In this document: positions 61,901-64,000 of the stretch, piece by piece
Layout of the letters: each line of letters starts with the position of its first letter
Numbering within the stretch: position 1 is the stretch's first letter
Assembly: GCA_964016885.1 (NCBI GenBank)
Contig: OZ024745.1
Location: forward strand, 75,020,001-75,084,000
Origin: Eledone cirrhosa
Lineage: Eukaryota
DNA: 64,000 bases
Direction of reading: 5' to 3'
Notes under the pieces: model-generated
The model's database searches: none
The model's input: only the letters and a program-made list of their open reading frames with translations
Told to the model about the DNA's origin: nothing
Program-made: the position numbers and the translations under genes

Positions 61901-63487
61901 ATGATGATGATGACACAGTATGGTGATGATGATTAATTATAATAATAATAATTTCTTAAACAAAACCATACATTTTTTAGAAGGGTATAAGTTACTCAAT
62001 CAATTCCAAGATATGACTGGTACTTGTTTGAAAAACGAATTCAATTATGAACCCAGAATACAAAAAATATGCAGTATCTGTTCTGGTTCTTTACATGCTG
62101 AGTTCAAATTCTACCTAGGGATTAAAATCCCATTATAAGTGATTCTGAAAGCTGCAATGGATGGAAGAAGACTGTAGTCATCTGCTACTGCAATCAAACA
62201 ATGATGAGACTGGGTTAGTTATTAAATGCATTGGTCATTGATACAAACAGTACTGAAATACAAACTCTCTATGCTTGTTAGTTTTGTCTTATAGTCAATC
62301 TTCTTCTTTCCCTACTTATTCCTGAGAGGGTTGTTGGGGCAGAGTCCTCAAACACTCCTTCCAGCAAGTCTGGTCAGAAGCAACCATCTCCAATTGATCT
62401 GGCTGGATTGTCAAGCGAGACCAGTCAATCTCATGGATGCTATCCAACCTTTTTGATGAGGGCCTATGCATGGGTCTCCTGCCCATTGGTTTTGCTCATA
62501 AAATCTGTCCAGCGATTCTTTCCTGAGACATTCTAATTACATGTCCATAATATTGGAGCTGTGATCTCTCAATTTGAAGTAGTGGCTCTCCTTCATTATT
62601 AAAATGGTAGCGTGGAATTTGAAGATTTGGTTGGTATTCCTAGGTTTACCGAAAATTTAGAGGCTCCATAGTTCAATTAATCTGAGGAAAAGGGGCAGTA
62701 CCCCAAATCTTTCTACACCATTCCAAAATAGTTTGACTCTACGACAGAGAGGAGTGTGGGGGTTAAATCTGATGAACAAGTGTCTTATCCAGGGAGAATT
62801 CTTGTACTTTCAGCAGTTAACACCACTGACACACCTATAATACACCTTTCCTGTCCAACTCATGCATTATCATCACCATTTTACGTCTGCCTTTCCCTGC
62901 TTGCAAGGGTGGGGCATGCATACATGGCAAGCCAGACATGCCCCACACCGACTCTATTAGTGCTGGTGCCTTGACAAAAAGCACCCAGTAAAGTGGTAGT
63001 GGTGGTGCCACAATAAAGGCACTCTGTAAAGTGGTTGGCTTTAGGAAGGGCATCCAGCCATAGAAACCAAGCCCAAAACTGATCTCTACAAGACATGGTC
63101 ACCTGACTTGGCTAGCTTCATAATATGAAAATCCATCTAACCTATTCACACATGGAAAATACACATTAAGTGATGATGGTGAGGTAAATGCAGCTTCTAC
63201 ATGGAAAATATGTACATGAGGACTTCTAAATGGTTGTAGTTTGAAAAGGACGAATTTGAAGATTTTTGTAAGTAGTTTAAGGTGATACCCAATATTAGAT
63301 GATGAGAGAAGCAGGAACATCAAATGGGTGCAGGTAACCAGTAAACTGTCATGATGAAAATCTTAAGCCTACATATTTCTTAATTTCTTTGTTAGTTTTT
63401 TACACCAGGGAAAATATAATACAAACCAATTTTAGTTTTGTCGGATAATGGGAAGTCTGAGAACTTCTTGATAGCAGCTGGTTTAAT
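27030..63487 (-). CDS. DDX10: DEAD-box RNA helicase DDX10 (Dbp4 family), 5'-partial spliced CDS, 18 exons in window (780 codons including stop)
   Basis: Exons in transcript order: 63487-63427, 61661-61531, 61210-61052, 60466-60346, 58124-58010, 56025-55923, 55189-55085, 53178-53016, 50830-50746, 50095-49994, 48841-48754, 46271-46183, 45341-44936, 43870-43745, 40111-39953, 38999-38955, 34929-34787, 27168-27030; phases consistent. Motifs: [76 protein letters not shown]-terminal KEDLVLKLL. Confidence 0.96.
27283..34776. repeat. Tandem satellite, 56-bp unit (57- and 63/64-bp variants), roughly 130 copies
   Basis: Unit agtaatagcaatgatatagaggtagtgttacataatagtacctacatagtgggact, near-identical copies, one ACTAGT per typical unit. 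Confidence 0.98.
34787..34929 (-). CDS. DDX10: DDX10 penultimate exon
   Basis: [24 protein letters not shown]...ESDDDNV|gtttgt; phase 2 matches the last exon. Confidence 0.82.
35116..35921 (-). mobile_element. RTE LINE 3' end, same subfamily as 24399-26741
   Basis: [13 protein letters not shown]...[18 protein letters not shown] near-identical to the 25962 ORF; (CAT)n tail. Confidence 0.93.
35922..37630. repeat. Compound (TA)/(CA)/(TACA) microsatellite, ~1.7 kb
   Basis: Visible directly; irregular middle part at about 36290-36960. Confidence 0.97.
37631..38500 (+). mobile_element. RTE LINE 3' end, same subfamily as 12741-14390
   Basis: [10 protein letters not shown] finger, [13 protein letters not shown], (GAT)n tail followed by (AT)n. 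Confidence 0.93.
38955..38999 (-). CDS. DDX10: DDX10 short exon
   Basis: tttttttcag|[15 protein letters not shown]|gtaatt. Confidence 0.85.
39560..39860 (-). mobile_element. Old RTE 3' fragment
   Basis: MRMGWRWM...ARMLRM...VGSCVEE-like remnants; similar to about 48930-49260 on +. Confidence 0.5.
39953..40111 (-). CDS. DDX10: DDX10 exon
   Basis: [31 protein letters not shown]. Confidence 0.93.
40403..40482. repeat. (CT)n(AT)n microsatellite
   Basis: Visible directly. Confidence 0.95.
40483..41055 (-). mobile_element. Structured non-coding element between (TA)n tracts, probably an RTE-type 5' UTR
   Basis: GC-richer than its flanks with several perfect hairpins; - strand has ctaggagaaggaaaactctga, which I associate with RTE 5' UTRs (recall, unverified). 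Confidence 0.5.
41179..42596 (+). mobile_element. Young RTE LINE, 5'-truncated at (TA)n; uninterrupted ORF remnant 41181-42302
   Basis: 373 open codons including [18 protein letters not shown], finger, [18 protein letters not shown]; (GAT)n tail. Confidence 0.96.
42845..43235 (+). mobile_element. Two tandem family-A SINEs
   Basis: The second copy (from about 43052) is flanked by duplicated aattatttatatcaaatca. Confidence 0.85.
43745..43870 (-). CDS. DDX10: DDX10 exon
   Basis: [33 protein letters not shown]. Confidence 0.93.
43973..44202. mobile_element. piggyBac-type MITE
   Basis: TTAA|CCCTTT...AAAGGG|TTAA (TTAA at 43969-43972 and 44203-44206). Confidence 0.8.
44936..45341 (-). CDS. DDX10: DDX10 exon (acidic/Ser-rich C-terminal region)
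   Basis: [14 protein letters not shown]...[25 protein letters not shown]. Confidence 0.93.
45365..45735 (+). mobile_element. RTE-tail element with ~47-bp internal repeats
   Basis: About four ggttgtgtaggtgtcay...ccacactgtaaa units, then aagggcatccagcc and a tail. Confidence 0.7.
45748..45936. mobile_element. Degenerate piggyBac-type MITE (same family as 55481-55693)
   Basis: Shared ccatatttctaatgaaata interior; decayed termini; other copies at about 60080-60290, 61245-61478, 63840-64000. Confidence 0.55.
46183..46271 (-). CDS. DDX10: DDX10 exon
   Basis: [29 protein letters not shown]. Confidence 0.94.
46532..46705 (-). mobile_element. tRNA-derived SINE, family A, with TSD
   Basis: TSD tgaaagtatatcataat at 46515-46531 and 46706-46722. 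Confidence 0.88.
47013..47240 (-). mobile_element. RTE-tail non-autonomous element
   Basis: (CAT)n, tttaacgtccattt, ggctggatgcccttcct. Confidence 0.7.
47390..47912. repeat. Minisatellite, 64-69-bp unit, about 8 copies
   Basis: Unit ggctacatgttrctcactaataacttgacatgtggtgggagtataaactgcgttatccacagtcyt. Confidence 0.95.
48754..48841 (-). CDS. DDX10: DDX10 exon
   Basis: [29 protein letters not shown]. Confidence 0.9.
49994..50095 (-). CDS. DDX10: DDX10 exon
   Basis: [33 protein letters not shown]. Confidence 0.95.
50746..50830 (-). CDS. DDX10: DDX10 exon (motif VI)
   Basis: [27 protein letters not shown]. Confidence 0.96.
51728..52110 (+). mobile_element. Family-B SINE head fused to RTE-type 3' tail
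   Basis: tggcttagtggttagagc A box, gagttcaattc B box, core domain, then sequence near-identical to the 3' UTR of 41179-42596. Confidence 0.65.
53016..53178 (-). CDS. DDX10: DDX10 exon (motif V)
   Basis: [17 protein letters not shown]...[12 protein letters not shown]. Confidence 0.96.
53330..54790 (+). mobile_element. Penelope-like element relic (RT plus GIY-YIG endonuclease)
   Basis: [67 protein letters not shown]; frameshifts and deletions. Confidence 0.85.
55085..55189 (-). CDS. DDX10: DDX10 exon (motif IV)
   Basis: [35 protein letters not shown]. Confidence 0.95.
55481..55693. mobile_element. piggyBac-type MITE, inverted relative to 43973-44202
   Basis: TTAA at 55477-55480 and 55694-55697; CCCTTT/AAAGGG termini; inserted into an older SINE tail. 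Confidence 0.82.
55923..56025 (-). CDS. DDX10: DDX10 exon
   Basis: [34 protein letters not shown]. Confidence 0.95.
58010..58124 (-). CDS. DDX10: DDX10 exon (DEAD, SAT)
   Basis: [37 protein letters not shown]. Confidence 0.97.
60346..60466 (-). CDS. DDX10: DDX10 exon (motif Ib)
   Basis: [28 protein letters not shown]. Confidence 0.96.
61052..61210 (-). CDS. DDX10: DDX10 exon (motif Ia, GG)
   Basis: [23 protein letters not shown]...[12 protein letters not shown]. Confidence 0.96.
61531..61661 (-). CDS. DDX10: DDX10 exon (Q motif, motif I)
   Basis: [36 protein letters not shown]. Confidence 0.96.
62320..62595 (-). mobile_element. Rex3/Expander-like RTE 3' fragment
   Basis: [22 protein letters not shown]... 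homologous to 63640-63840. Confidence 0.7.
63427..63487 (-). CDS. DDX10: DDX10 exon (Q-motif start)
   Basis: [20 protein letters not shown]. Confidence 0.92.
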
Positions 63488-63619
63488 CTGAAATATAAAT
63501 ATAAATGACATTTTTTAGACTCATACCAAACGAAGATATGCTGTATTTGTAGATCTACTCAACCATAACATTGATGAAAAAGTAGATTATAATGATAATT
63601 ATGGCATGTTACTTCTTTG

Positions 63620-63850
63620 TTCACTTATTCCTGAAAGGGTTATAGGAGCAGAGTCCTCAAACACTCCTTCCAGTGGGTCCTGTCAGAAGCAACCATTTCC
63701 AACTGATCCAACTGGATCCTCATATGAGACCAACTGAGCTCATGGATGTTATCCAACCATCTTGCTCGGGGTGTACCCCTGGGTCTCCTGCTGGTTGGTT
63801 TTGCTCGTAAAACCTGTTCAGCAATTCTTTCCTGAGACATTCTAACCCCA
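63620..63850 (-). mobile_element. Rex3/Expander-like RTE 3' fragment
   Basis: MSQERIAEQVLRAKPTSRRPRGTPRARWLDNIHELSW...WKECLRTL. Confidence 0.75.
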
Positions 63851-64000
63851 TATTTCTAATGTCAACATGTTTCAATTCATTTTGAAAATAATCAACAATT
63901 TGGAGGGATTTAGTATAAGTAACATTTTCATTATTAAACCAATGTTTGGAATGTAACTTAACAAGTTTTATATAAAATTATGTATAATAAAATCAGGGAG

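Noticed and set aside
62200-62256. ATGATGA...CTGA as a C/D snoRNA
   Set aside because: Antisense to the host gene, short, no terminal stem, no recognisable guide

Overview
AT-rich, repeat-dense animal genomic DNA. The SINE/RTE repertoire suggests an octopus or other cephalopod mollusc (inference). It holds two convergent, intron-rich housekeeping genes, which I reconstructed exon by exon with consistent splice phases. POLR3C (RNA polymerase III subunit RPC3/RPC62) is on + at 4933-22588, complete, with 15 coding exons and 519 aa. DDX10 (DEAD-box helicase, Dbp4 family) is on - at 63487-27030 with 18 coding exons; its first exon lies beyond the window. Introns and the 4.4-kb intergenic gap carry RTE LINEs (one with an uninterrupted 373-codon ORF remnant), tRNA-type SINEs with TSDs, piggyBac-type MITEs, and Penelope, CRE, hAT and LTR relics. 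Most notable are a U12-type intron in POLR3C, a ~7.5-kb 56-bp satellite with higher-order structure filling the last DDX10 intron, and RTE elements with a PHD-type finger inside the RT region that often sit in (TA)n tracts. Also worth checking are a highly structured non-coding element, a decayed hammerhead-like motif, and inverted RTE copies bracketing DDX10 exons. Most entries in the ORF track are repeat or antisense artefacts. I cannot demonstrate a wholly new biological system; the findings are testable candidates. Mobile-element boundaries are approximate unless a TSD or terminal repeat is cited.
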